DNA of 64,000 nt from Lachnospiraceae bacterium (GCA_030536685.1 JAUNPP010000003.1:706-64705); one strand, 5' to 3'; positions 24,802-37,044 are shown, counted from the first letter of the stretch. Notes: a model not told the origin generated them from the sequence alone. Numbers and translations are program-made.

Positions 24802-24986
24802 ATCTCTGAACAGTAACAATTCATGCATTTATCGTGCGATAGTTGAGTTGAATCCTCTCTTGATTTTCGAGCTGTTTTATGAGTATAATGAAAAGAATGA
24901 GTTAGGAAAAATCTGGTTAAAAATGCTCTTTCATGCAGGAAAACGAGCAGTGCTTTTTGGCCGGCAATAATACAGGGAGAGATACT

Positions 24987-25628
24987 ATGAGTACGAATAA
25001 AAAAAATGAATTGATATTGACCACTTATGAGCTGCTGAAACAAATGAGCCCCGATGATATAAAGATACGAACGATTGCAGCGGAAGCGAACTGTACAAGC
25101 ACGGTCATTTATAAACATTTTGATGACCTGGATCATCTGATTTTATTTGCATCGGTGCGTTTTCTGGAAGATTACATTGTAACGCTTCAGGAGGTTATTA
25201 ATCAGAACTCGGATGCTCTGGATATGCTGATAGAGATGTGGAGAGCATTTGCCCGGCATGCATTTGAAAATGCAGAGGTATTTGAACTGCTTTTCTGGGG
25301 GAAGTATAAAGAACGTCTGGGAGATACTATTTTCGAATATTATCAGCTTTTTCCGGATGAATGGAGAAATATGGACGGCTTGTTTACCAGTGTATTTTTT
25401 AATAACGAGATTCAGGAACGCAACAGTATGATCATGCACCGGGCGGCGGCAACCGGATATTTTTCATACGATGAAGCCAGAATGTTAAGTGATATGGAAT
25501 GTGATATGTTTCATGGCCTGCTGATGCGGTATCGTGATAAGTACCGTTTGCCGGGGAAAGCCGAAGAGGGGGCAGCTCTTTTTATGGACATGCTGAATTC
25601 TCTGATCGGGCACTATCGGATCAAATAG
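24987..25628 (+). CDS. TetR/AcrR family transcriptional regulator
   Basis: N-terminal HTH IRTIAAEANCTSTVIYKHFDDLDHL. GGGAGAG SD before the ATG at 24987. Confidence 0.85.
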   Translation: MSTNKKNELILTTYELLKQMSPDDIKIRTIAAEANCTSTVIYKHFDDLDHLILFASVRFLEDYIVTLQEVINQNSDALDMLIEMWRAFARHAFENAEVFELLFWGKYKERLGDTIFEYYQLFPDEWRNMDGLFTSVFFNNEIQERNSMIMHRAAATGYFSYDEARMLSDMECDMFHGLLMRYRDKYRLPGKAEEGAALFMDMLNSLIGHYRIK

Positions 25629-25663
25629 CGGCCGGAGACGGACAGGGATAAGGAGACAAATTT

Positions 25664-26416
25664 ATGAATTTAAAAATAATTGCCTGTAAGATTTTACAAA
25701 GGGAGATTTCAAGCCTTGCCTGGAACTGCCCGAATATGCTTGATGTGACAATGCTTCGCCAGCGTTATCACAGTGTTCCTGTTCGTCTGCATACGTTACT
25801 GCAGGAGGAAATTGACCGTATTGAGGGAGAGGAAGATCCTTATACAAATGGTGAAATCACTTTCGATGCCATTCTTCTGGGCTACGGCCTTTGCTCCAAC
25901 GCTTTGATCGGCTTGCACAGCAGCAAATATCCCCTGGTAATTCCCCGGGCGCATGACTGTACAACCCTGTTTATCGGAAGCAAAGAAGCATATCAGGAAT
26001 ATTTTGATACCTGCAAAGGTACATATTTTTACAACAGAGACTGGATGGAGCTGGGACAGGGCATGGACGAGCAGTATATGGCCCGCAAATACAATGAGTA
26101 TCTGGAAAAATTTGAAGACGAGGATACTGTGGAATATCTGATGCAGATGGAACGGGAAATGATTGCCAACTATAAATGCGCGGCATACATTTCCTGGCCG
26201 GAATTTGTGGATTACGATAAAGACTGCAGAGAAGCAGTCCGCGAACTTGCCGCTCAGAAATCATGGGAATATATGGAAATTAGCGGTTCAAACAGCCTGT
26301 TGAAAAAGATGCTTGACGGTGAATGGAACCCGGAAGATTTTCTCATCGTAGAGCCAGGCTGGGAAGTCGCAGCCGACAGCGGGACGCAGATCATTAAGGC
26401 GGTAAAAAAACAGTGA
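25664..26416 (+). CDS. DUF1638 domain protein
   Basis: Recalled family blocks: MNLKIIACKIL, ILLGYGLCSNA, VIPRAHDCTTLFIGS. Confidence 0.75.
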   Translation: MNLKIIACKILQREISSLAWNCPNMLDVTMLRQRYHSVPVRLHTLLQEEIDRIEGEEDPYTNGEITFDAILLGYGLCSNALIGLHSSKYPLVIPRAHDCTTLFIGSKEAYQEYFDTCKGTYFYNRDWMELGQGMDEQYMARKYNEYLEKFEDEDTVEYLMQMEREMIANYKCAAYISWPEFVDYDKDCREAVRELAAQKSWEYMEISGSNSLLKKMLDGEWNPEDFLIVEPGWEVAADSGTQIIKAVKKQ

Positions 26417-26437
26417 ATTGAAAAAAGTCAAAAATAT

Positions 26438-26479
26438 ATCCCGGTCGTTCGTAAAGTGGAACGACCGGGATTCTTCTTT
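26438..26479. terminator. bidirectional terminator between convergent genes
   Basis: 13-bp perfect stem ATCCCGGTCGTTC / GAACGACCGGGAT, 8-nt loop, T-rich tail. Confidence 0.8.
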
Positions 26480-26538
26480 ATATAGAAGAAATTTTTTCGA
26501 CTGGCAGCGGTAAACGAAAACGAAATCCGAAACGAAAT

Positions 26539-27327
26539 CTAATGTGCTGCCGCCATCAAAGAGGAGGTCAGCGCGACCGGGCTCATAAGAACTTTTCCGG
26601 TACCGCGGTAGACATTGACCAGTCCTTCGCCGGAAGCGGCAGAACCGATCAATGATTTGCCGGAGCGTTCTACTGTGAATTTCAGGGAATCACTCCAGGC
26701 AATCGCCATACTGCCATCGATCTTCAGAACATCATCTGACAGATCGAATAAAATCAGTTCCTCACGCGGAACATTGCTTTCCAAGACTGCAATACCGTTT
26801 CCGCGCAGCACCATATTGAAAAGTCCCTCATTGCCGAATGCCGCGGAAGAGAATGTGTTTTTGGCAACAACGCTTTGTTTTACAGTGCCTTCGCACGCCA
26901 TAAATAATCCGTCTTCAATGACCATACCGCTTCCCCATTCGGAAATATCCTCCAGAAGAATATATTTATAAGTAGGTTCCAGCATAAGCATACCTTTTCC
27001 GACATATTCCGGTTTAATGGTGCTTTCGCCGGTTGCTTTGCCTTTTAAAGCTTTTCCGAGAAAATCACCGACTCCCTTAATGCCGGTTGTTGCACCGACA
27101 GAACCGGTCGTCCACTGCATAGCGCCCGCCTGCGTGATAATACTCGTTTCATTTAACTGCGCCAGAACCTGTTTCCTGCGGATTCCCATCTCCGACATAT
27201 AATAGGAATTGACGGAGGTAGAGGGAGAAACGCTTAAATCGCGCTGGTATTCTAAAACGGTGAAGCTGCCCTTCTGTTCAATGGGCTTTAAATTGGGATT
27301 ATTTAACAAGTTATTGCATGTAACCAT
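26539..27327 (-). CDS. AIM24 (TIGR00266/DUF124) family protein
   Basis: 262-aa beta-rich protein with recalled family pattern (ITQAGAMQW ... GEGLVNVYRGTGKVLMSP). Confidence 0.75.
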   Translation of the reverse strand: MVTCNNLLNNPNLKPIEQKGSFTVLEYQRDLSVSPSTSVNSYYMSEMGIRRKQVLAQLNETSIITQAGAMQWTTGSVGATTGIKGVGDFLGKALKGKATGESTIKPEYVGKGMLMLEPTYKYILLEDISEWGSGMVIEDGLFMACEGTVKQSVVAKNTFSSAAFGNEGLFNMVLRGNGIAVLESNVPREELILFDLSDDVLKIDGSMAIAWSDSLKFTVERSGKSLIGSAASGEGLVNVYRGTGKVLMSPVALTSSLMAAAH

Positions 27328-27520
27328 AAGATTTCCTCCAAAATGAAATACTGAAAATTGTTTTTAAATATCATAAAACTATCTACAGTATAGCAGGAAA
27401 AAGGAGAAAAAAATGATATGCGAGATATATTAAGCAGAGCATGGCAAGAAGGCTTACATTCATAGTGCGGCTGTGAACAGGAACCAATAAGGAAATAGTG
27501 TGTCAAAATAGAAATGATTA

Positions 27521-27549
27521 TTGACATATGACTTAAAAAATACTATAAT
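27521..27549 (+). promoter_or_regulatory. perfect consensus sigma-A promoter
   Basis: TTGACA, 17-nt spacer, TATAAT. Confidence 0.7.
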
Positions 27550-27601
27550 TTAATTAATAGAAACACGGGAAAAGAATTTGCGGAAAGGAAGGTGCAGGCT
27601 G

Positions 27602-28929
27602 ATGAAAAAAAAATTGCGATTACCGATAGGGATTGAAAATTATAAAGATTTTTTGAATCGTTCCTACTATTATGTGGATAAAACATTGCTGATCAGGGAT
27701 TTGCTGGACAAAGGCAGTAAAGTAAATCTTTTTACCAGACCGCGTCGTTTTGGGAAAACACTTGCACTGAGTACGATCAGAATGTTATTATTCTGATTGA
27801 CGAGTATGATGTGCCGTTGGAAAACGCCTGTTTTAATGGCTTTTATGACAGGATGACCATGTTTATCCGTTCCCTGTTTGAATCGGCTTTAAAGACAAAT
27901 GACAGTCTGGAATTTGCAGTAATTACCGGTTGTCTGCGAATCAGTAAAGAAAGTATTTTTACCGGTTTGAATAATTTGAAGATAATATCTGTTTTGAGCA
28001 GGGATTATGCAGAATATTTTGGATTTACACCTGATGAAGTGGAGGAACTTTTAAAGTATTATGGGCTGGAATCGTCGAAAGCAGAAGTGAAAAAGTGGTA
28101 TGATGGGTATTTATTCGGAGAAACAGAAGTGTATAACCCGTGGAGTGTACTCAATTATGCAGATGAAAATGCTGGTTTTCCAAAACCTTACTGGTCGAAT
28201 ACGTCTTCTAACAGGATTGTGCGTGAGCTGGTAGAAAGGGCAGATTCCACAGTGAAATGTGAAATTGAAAATCTGATTGCAGGAGGTACCATTATAAAAC
28301 CTGTTCATGAGGAGATAACTTATGAAGATATTCATACAACGCAGGATAATTTATGGAATTTTCTGTTTTTTACGGGATATTTAAAGATGGTTGAAACAGA
28401 TTTTAAAGGTGATGATGCTTATCTGACTCTGACAATTCCCAATGATGAAATCAGATATATTTATCGTTATACCATTAAAAGCTGGTTTGAGCAGAAAGTG
28501 AAAATCTCAGATATGCATCCTCTTTATCAGGCTGTTTTAACAAAAGATACAGAAAATATGGAAATTTTTATTAAACGGATGCTTCGTGAAAGTATTGGTT
28601 TTTTTGATACAGAGGAGAGCTTTTATCATGGCTTTATGCTGGGACTTTTAAAGCCGCTTCAGGAATATGAAGTATTGTCCAATTTTGCCAGTGGAGAGGG
28701 GCGTTCAGATATTATACTGAAACCGCTGGATGAATTACAGCCGGCGGTGATTCTGGAATTTAAAAATGTGAAGAAATTCTCGTTGATAGAAAACGGCTGT
28801 AAAGAAGCGCTTGCACAGATAGAAGAAAAGCATTATGATGCAGAGCTGCTGGAGGAAGGCTATGAGAAAATATTAAAGTACGGAATTTGTTTTTGTAAGA
28901 AGAGCTGTAAAGTGAGAATCCGGCTGTAG
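27602..28929 (+). pseudogene. AAA-ATPase-like / PD-(D/E)XK (PDDEXK_9) family gene with internal deletion plus frameshift
   Basis: The N-terminal frame ends ...RPRRFGKTLALSTIRMLLF*. Homology resumes in another frame at 27781 as NVIILIDEYDVPLENA. About 100 aa normally separate these two blocks in family members. Confidence 0.75.
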
Positions 28930-29011
28930 GATAATAAGCGGGGATCCTCATTGAGAGCCGCTGAAAAAAGGTTTTTGAGTGTTGTTTTGGGATGAAAAGG
29001 GAAATAGATTT

Positions 29012-30925
29012 ATGTTGGAGTATAAGTTAAAAGAAGTACTTAAAGAATTATCTGATGATTATATAACGGCAGCAAGTCTGGCACAGAAACTGCAGATTAG
29101 TGAACGGACAGTCCGAACAAGGATAAAGCAGATTCAGGAGCTTGAGGCGGAGATTGGCTGCAAGATTATTTCATCGCCGCGCTGGGGATATCGGGTTACG
29201 GTATGTGACAGGATGAAATTTGAAAAAGAACTTCAGCGAATGGAGAAAGGCACAGAACAGATTCCGCAGAACCTGGAGGAACGGGTCAGGTATCTGCTGC
29301 TGTACCTGATTAATCAGGAAGCTTATATTAAAATGGATGATCTGTGTGAGTTTTTATGTTGTTCCAGAAGTTCGTTGTCTTACTCGCTGAAAAGAATAAA
29401 AACGATTTTGAGCGAATATGGAATCAGTATAAAAAGCCGGCCGAATTATGGAATCTGTATTTCGGGAATGGAATTTGATATCAGAAGGTTTATAGGAGAA
29501 TATTTTTTTAAACAGGGTACAGAGTCTAAAGATGAGCGGATTAAAAATGAAAAGGAATTAAGAGAATTAGCCGGAATTATTTTAGAAAATATTGAAAAAC
29601 AGGAGCTGATTTTAAATGAAACAGAGTTTAATACGTTTTTGAATCAGGTCTATATTGCAAAAAGAAGGATTCGGCGAGGATACTGTATAGCTGATGGCGA
29701 GATTGAAGAGCAGAAGCCTGGTTCAGGAAGTAAAGAGTGGGATGTAATAGTCGGTTTAACCGATTATTTTCAGCAGAAGGAAAATCTTGTATTTTCAGAA
29801 AATGAGCAGAAATATCTGTGGATTTATTTTCTGGGAAAAAGAATGTCCGGATATATGAAATATGGTGAGAACAATGTGGTTATTTATGAAAGAATTGACC
29901 GGATTGTAATGGAACTGCTGGAAATCATTCTGGAGGAGTTCCAGATTGATTTTCGCAATGATTTTGATATCCGCATGGCATTGAACCAGCATATGATGGC
30001 ATTTGAGATTCGGATGAAATATAAAATCCCGCTGAAAAATCCTATGTTAGAAGAAATTAAAGGGAATTATGCACTTGCCTATCGGATGATCATGCAGACT
30101 AAATGGCTGCTGGAGAAGACGTATCAAACGTCAGTTTCCAGTGATGAGCTGGGATATTTTGCGTTGATATTTGCATTTGGAATGGAGCAGCAGGACAAAA
30201 AGATTAATAAAAAGAGTATTCTGGTTGTTTGTGCTACTGGAAAGAGCAGCTCTAAATTGCTGTTGTCAAAATACAAAAATGAGTTTGGTAAATATCTGGA
30301 AAATACCTATACCTGCGATTTGCTGTCTTTGAAGAAATTTGATTTTAGTAAAGTGGATTATGTGTTTACAACAGTACCGATTCGTATTAATATTCCTGTT
30401 CCTATTATTGAAACAGGCAATTTTCTGGAATACAGTGATATTTTAAGAATCCGAACACTTCTGGAAAAAGGAGATAAGAGATTTCTGGATAAATATTTCT
30501 GCAAAGAACATTTTATTGCAGGACTGGAAGCACAGACAAGGGAAGAAGCGCTTACAAAGCTTTGCAGTATTATTCTGGAAAAGGAGCAGGTGGAGGAGAA
30601 TCTGTATGAACTGGTAATGGAACGTGAGCATATGGCGCCGACTGACTTTGGTAATAATATTGCAGTGCCGCATCCGCGCGAAGCAGTTGCGGAATCTACA
30701 TTTGCATATGTAGCTGTATTGAAAAAGCCGATTTTCTGGGGGCATAATGACGTTCAGGTAATTCTGATGAATGTAACGGGAAAAAATGATGAGGAAGATT
30801 TGCAAAAGTTTCATGAAATCAGTGCCAAATTTGTATTAAATCGGGAAGGAATTCAGCAGGTGATAGAGAATCCAAGTTATGAAATCTTTGAAAATGTTAT
30901 AAAAAATGAATTTTTGCCGGATTGA
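29012..30925 (+). CDS. PRD-domain transcriptional regulator (LicR/MtlR-like: HTH, 2 PRDs, EIIB-like, EIIA-like)
   Basis: Domain order is recognisable. EIIB-like block ILVVCATGKSSSKLL with a phosphorylatable Cys. C-terminal EIIA(Mtl/Fru)-like block NNIAVPHPRE. Confidence 0.85.
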   Translation: MLEYKLKEVLKELSDDYITAASLAQKLQISERTVRTRIKQIQELEAEIGCKIISSPRWGYRVTVCDRMKFEKELQRMEKGTEQIPQNLEERVRYLLLYLINQEAYIKMDDLCEFLCCSRSSLSYSLKRIKTILSEYGISIKSRPNYGICISGMEFDIRRFIGEYFFKQGTESKDERIKNEKELRELAGIILENIEKQELILNETEFNTFLNQVYIAKRRIRRGYCIADGEIEEQKPGSGSKEWDVIVGLTDYFQQKENLVFSENEQKYLWIYFLGKRMSGYMKYGENNVVIYERIDRIVMELLEIILEEFQIDFRNDFDIRMALNQHMMAFEIRMKYKIPLKNPMLEEIKGNYALAYRMIMQTKWLLEKTYQTSVSSDELGYFALIFAFGMEQQDKKINKKSILVVCATGKSSSKLLLSKYKNEFGKYLENTYTCDLLSLKKFDFSKVDYVFTTVPIRINIPVPIIETGNFLEYSDILRIRTLLEKGDKRFLDKYFCKEHFIAGLEAQTREEALTKLCSIILEKEQVEENLYELVMEREHMAPTDFGNNIAVPHPREAVAESTFAYVAVLKKPIFWGHNDVQVILMNVTGKNDEEDLQKFHEISAKFVLNREGIQQVIENPSYEIFENVIKNEFLPD

Positions 30926-31033
30926 ATCCGGCAAATTAGGATTATTCTGCGATAGGAAGAAGATGCAGAAAAGAAAATTCTGTTTTTCAGGCTGTCTGTA
31001 ATATCAGGCAGCCTTATTTTTCCGGAACTATGA

Positions 31034-32897
<1,864 letters not shown>

Positions 32898-32928
32898 AAA
32901 AAATTCAGGAAAGAAAGAGGAAAAAGTT

Positions 32929-33237
32929 ATGATTAAAATTCGTTTATTTTGTGAGTCAGGTATGTCAACAAGTATTCTGGTACAGAGAATGAGAGATGAA
33001 GCAGCAAAAAGAGGTATTGAAGTAGATGTTAAGGCATTCGGAAAAGTAGCTTTTGATGCGGAAACAAATGGTATCGATGCTGCACTTCTGGCGCCTCAGA
33101 TTGGATTCCAGCTTGATAATTTTAAGAAAATTTCCGAACCTAAGGGTGTACCGACTGCTGCCATTTCCATGATGGATTATGGAATGATGAATGGAGCAAA
33201 CGTACTGGATCAGGTTCTTGGAATGATCAAGAAATAA
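32929..33237 (+). CDS. PTS lactose/cellobiose family EIIB
   Basis: MIKIRLFCESGMSTSILV, with the active-site Cys near the N-terminus. Confidence 0.85.
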   Translation: MIKIRLFCESGMSTSILVQRMRDEAAKRGIEVDVKAFGKVAFDAETNGIDAALLAPQIGFQLDNFKKISEPKGVPTAAISMMDYGMMNGANVLDQVLGMIKK

Positions 33238-33350
33238 TAAAAAAGCAGAGAATTCACAATAAATCTGAATACAGGGAGATTGGTAGGGCAGAAATGTCCA
33301 CCTGTCCCTCTATTTGTGCTGCCTAAATGCAGCTTAAGGAGGAAAAACAG

Positions 33351-34649
33351 ATGAAAAATATTATGCAGAAAATAATATTTCCTGCGGTAACAAAGTTTAT
33401 TAATACCAAAGCAATGGTAGCGGTAAAGGATGGTACTTTGTTTATGGTACCTCTTACAATGATTGGTTCCATTTTCCTGCTGCTTGCGAATTTTCCTTAT
33501 AAACCGTTTACGGATTTCCTGCAGGAAATCGGTATGAGGGAAATGTTCAATCAGGTAAGTGGTGCAACTTATTCGATTATGGCGCTGATTGCTGTTGCCG
33601 GAATTACGTATACGTATGTTAAAAACGAAGGTTTTGAACCGATGAGCGGCGCTGTAATTTCAATTTCTACATTTATCCTGCTTTTAAGACCTGAAGTAGT
33701 TACAAAGGGCGGAGAAACTGTAGGTGATGTGATTCCGAAAATGTGGACAGCCGGACAGGGCATTATCTGTTCTATTATTATCGGTCTTTTAGTTGGATAT
33801 GTTTACAGTCTGCTGTTAAGAAAAAAAATCCGTATTAAGATGCCGAGCAGTGTTCCGGAAGGCGTGTCAAACTCATTTGCATCGCTGATTCCCGGTCTGA
33901 TCATTATCACAGGAGCAGTAGTTGTTTACTCATTCTTCCATTTTGCATTAAATACAACTCTGGTAGAATTTATTTATAAGGTAATTCAGGCGCCGATGCA
34001 GTCTATGTCCGATTCACTCGGAGCTGCAATACTGGTTGCGCTGATGATCAGTTTATTCTGGTGGTTTGGTGTACACGGTACTAATGTTGTCGGAAGTATG
34101 GTTTACACTTTGTTCCAGGCGAATACTCTGGCAAATCTTGCACTGTTAAACAGCGGTAAAGCGGTAACTCTGGCAAACGGGGCTCATATTGTAAATGAAC
34201 AGTTTTACAATCAGTTTATCACCGTTACCGGAGCAGGAATCACAATCGGTCTTGTTATTAACTTCTGTTTTCTGTGTAAAGCTACACAGTACAAACAGCT
34301 TGGCAGAATGACAATTATTCCCGGATTATTTAATATTAATGAACCTGTATTATTCGGAACTCCTATTGTGCTGAATCCTCATCTGATCGTTCCGTTTATC
34401 GCAGTTCCGATCGTATCAGTAGTACTGACGTATACTTCGATTGCTACAGGTCTTGTACCTCCGTTTAAGGGAGTCAGTGTTCCCTGGACCTGCCCTCCGG
34501 TTATCTCCGGTGCATTAATTGGCGGTTGGAGAGCTGCGCTGCTGCAGGCTGTAATTTTAGTTCTGTCTGTGCTGATTTATATGCCTTTTGTACGTAAAAT
34601 GGATAAAACTGCGCTGGAACAGGAAAATGCATCTTCCTGTGCAGAATGA
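33351..34649 (+). CDS. PTS lactose/cellobiose family EIIC
   Basis: 10-TM permease with an EIIC type-3 pattern (FGVHG, NEPVLFG). AAGGAGG SD before the ATG at 33351. Confidence 0.9.
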   Translation: MKNIMQKIIFPAVTKFINTKAMVAVKDGTLFMVPLTMIGSIFLLLANFPYKPFTDFLQEIGMREMFNQVSGATYSIMALIAVAGITYTYVKNEGFEPMSGAVISISTFILLLRPEVVTKGGETVGDVIPKMWTAGQGIICSIIIGLLVGYVYSLLLRKKIRIKMPSSVPEGVSNSFASLIPGLIIITGAVVVYSFFHFALNTTLVEFIYKVIQAPMQSMSDSLGAAILVALMISLFWWFGVHGTNVVGSMVYTLFQANTLANLALLNSGKAVTLANGAHIVNEQFYNQFITVTGAGITIGLVINFCFLCKATQYKQLGRMTIIPGLFNINEPVLFGTPIVLNPHLIVPFIAVPIVSVVLTYTSIATGLVPPFKGVSVPWTCPPVISGALIGGWRAALLQAVILVLSVLIYMPFVRKMDKTALEQENASSCAE

Positions 34650-34659
34650 GGACAATGTG

Positions 34660-36339
34660 ATGGAAAAAACATGGTGGAAAGAAAGTGTGGTTTATCAGAT
34701 CTATCCGAGAAGCTTTAATGACAGCAACGGAGACGGAATCGGAGATTTGAATGGAATCACAGAGAAAATGGATTATCTGAAGGAACTGGGAATCGATGTA
34801 ATCTGGCTGTCTCCCGTATATGAATCACCAAATGATGACAACGGGTATGATATCAGTAATTACAGAGAAATCATGAATGAATTTGGAACAATGGAAGATT
34901 ATGACAGAATGCTGGCAGCAGCACATGAGCGCGGCATTAAAATTGTAATGGACCTTGTTGTAAATCATACATCTGATGAACACCCCTGGTTTGTAGAAAG
35001 CAGAAAATCAAAAGATAACCCTTATCGTGATTATTATATCTGGAAAGATGGTAAAGACGGTGATGCTCCTAACAACTGGGGCTCCTGTTTCGGAGGTTCC
35101 GCGTGGAAATATGATGAAAAGACAGACATGTATTTTCTGCATCTCTTTTCACAGAAACAGCCTGATCTGAACTGGGATAATCCTAAAGTCCGGGAAGAAG
35201 TATTTGACATGATGGACTGGTGGTGTCAGAAAGGTATTGATGGATTCCGAATGGATGTTATCAGTATGATTTCTAAAGACAGAACATTTCCGGATGGAAG
35301 AATCAAGGAAAACGGATATGGAGATTTCGGTCCCTTTGTACATAATGGACCGCATGTACATGAATATCTGCAGGAAATGAACCAGAAGGTACTTTCAAAA
35401 TACAGTCTGCTCACAGTTGGCGAATGTGCAGGCGTAACGATCGAGGAAGCCAAGAAATATGCGAATCTGGAAGGAAATGAATTGAGCATGGTATTCCAGT
35501 TTGAGCATATGGATCTCGACGGTGGAGAAAGCTTTAAGTGGAATGAACGAAAAATCAGTATTGTAGAGTTAAAGGAAACTCTGTCAAAATGGCAGAACGA
35601 GCTTTATGGCAAGGCGTGGAACAGCCTTTACTGGTGCAACCATGACCAGCCGAGAATGATTTCCAGACTTGGCAATACAAGTCGGGAATATCGTGAGATT
35701 TCTGCAAAAATGCTGGCTACCTGTCTGCATATGATGCAGGGAACCCCGTATATTTATCAGGGTGAAGAACTGGGTATGACAAATGTTCCATTTGAAACTC
35801 TTGATGATTTCCGCGATATTGAAAGTATCGATGCCTATCATGAATATGTGGGAAACGGACAGATTCCGGCGGAAGATATGATGCGCTTTTTACGCTATAA
35901 GAGCCGTGATAATGCCAGAACTCCGCTGCAGTGGGATGACAGTGAAAATGCAGGTTTTACTTCCGGTACACCCTGGATTATGGTAAATCCGAATTATACT
36001 GAAATCAATGCAAAAGAGCAGATGTCCAGAGCTGATTCTGTATTCTATTATTATCAAAAATTAATTCGTCTGAGAAAAGAATACGAAGTTATCGTGTACG
36101 GAAAGTATGAACTGCTGCTTCCGGAAGATAAGGATCTGTATGTATATACACGGGAACTGGAAGACGAAAAATTGCTTGTAATCTGTAATTTTTCGGAAAA
36201 CAGAAGAATGTTTGAACTTCCTGCCGAGTGGAAGCCTGAAAATATGACTCATCTGATCGGTAATTATGGAAGAACAGAGGCAGAGTACAGGATGGAGTTA
36301 AAACCTTACGAAGCTGTTGTGTACAGAATGAAAAAGTAA
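34660..36339 (+). CDS. GH13 alpha-glucosidase (oligo-1,6-glucosidase / phospho-alpha-glucoside hydrolase type)
   Basis: WWKESVVYQIYPRSF, DLVVNHTSDEH, GFRMDVI (nucleophile), VGE (acid/base), NHDQPR. Confidence 0.9.
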   Translation: MEKTWWKESVVYQIYPRSFNDSNGDGIGDLNGITEKMDYLKELGIDVIWLSPVYESPNDDNGYDISNYREIMNEFGTMEDYDRMLAAAHERGIKIVMDLVVNHTSDEHPWFVESRKSKDNPYRDYYIWKDGKDGDAPNNWGSCFGGSAWKYDEKTDMYFLHLFSQKQPDLNWDNPKVREEVFDMMDWWCQKGIDGFRMDVISMISKDRTFPDGRIKENGYGDFGPFVHNGPHVHEYLQEMNQKVLSKYSLLTVGECAGVTIEEAKKYANLEGNELSMVFQFEHMDLDGGESFKWNERKISIVELKETLSKWQNELYGKAWNSLYWCNHDQPRMISRLGNTSREYREISAKMLATCLHMMQGTPYIYQGEELGMTNVPFETLDDFRDIESIDAYHEYVGNGQIPAEDMMRFLRYKSRDNARTPLQWDDSENAGFTSGTPWIMVNPNYTEINAKEQMSRADSVFYYYQKLIRLRKEYEVIVYGKYELLLPEDKDLYVYTRELEDEKLLVICNFSENRRMFELPAEWKPENMTHLIGNYGRTEAEYRMELKPYEAVVYRMKK

Positions 36340-36486
36340 CTTTTACTTATAAACATCCAAAAACAGACACAGATAATTTCTGACAACGATTCCGCTGCGT
36401 TGACAAATGGAAATAATCTGTGTCTGTTTTAATAAAAGCAAGGAGCATCTGCCGCGATGAGTGATTAGCGGCAAATCGGACATCCT

Positions 36487-37044
36487 TTATCGTAAATCTT
36501 CCGGTATTTTTGCATACACGTCTTCGTAAAGATTGCTGCCTTCGGAGTCAATGATGACGATTGCAGGGAAGTTCTCTACGGTGAGTTTGCGGATTGCTTC
36601 GGTTCCCAGGTCATCGTAAGCTACGGTTTCGGTGCCTGTGATACACTGAGAAAGTAAAGCGCCGGCGCCGCCTACGGCAGCAAAATAAACACAGTGGTTT
36701 TTTACAATTGACTGAGTGATTGCATCCGCGCGGCGTCCTTTGCCGATTACAGCGGAAAGTCCCAGGTCAAATAATTCGGGCGTATACTTGTCCATGCGGG
36801 ATGATGTAGTAGGACCGGCAGAGCCCAGAGGGCGAGAGTCTCTTGAAGGGGTAGGTCCCATGTAATAAATTGTAACGTCCGTGATATCGATGGGAAGTCC
36901 TTTTCCATCTGCCAATGCTTCATGCATCCGTTTGTGGGCTGCGTCTCTTGCAGAGTAGATGGTTCCGGAAATATAAACATAATCTCCGGCCTTTAAATCA
37001 GCCAGTTTTTCTTTTGTTAAAGGTGTTGTAAGATAGTATTCCAT
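36487..37044 (-). CDS. Fe-S hydro-lyase beta subunit (class I fumarate hydratase / tartrate dehydratase type)
   Basis: 185-aa family pattern YISGTIYSARDAAHKR ... GKGRR ... AVGGAGAL. Confidence 0.85.
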   Translation of the reverse strand: MEYYLTTPLTKEKLADLKAGDYVYISGTIYSARDAAHKRMHEALADGKGLPIDITDVTIYYMGPTPSRDSRPLGSAGPTTSSRMDKYTPELFDLGLSAVIGKGRRADAITQSIVKNHCVYFAAVGGAGALLSQCITGTETVAYDDLGTEAIRKLTVENFPAIVIIDSEGSNLYEDVYAKIPEDLR

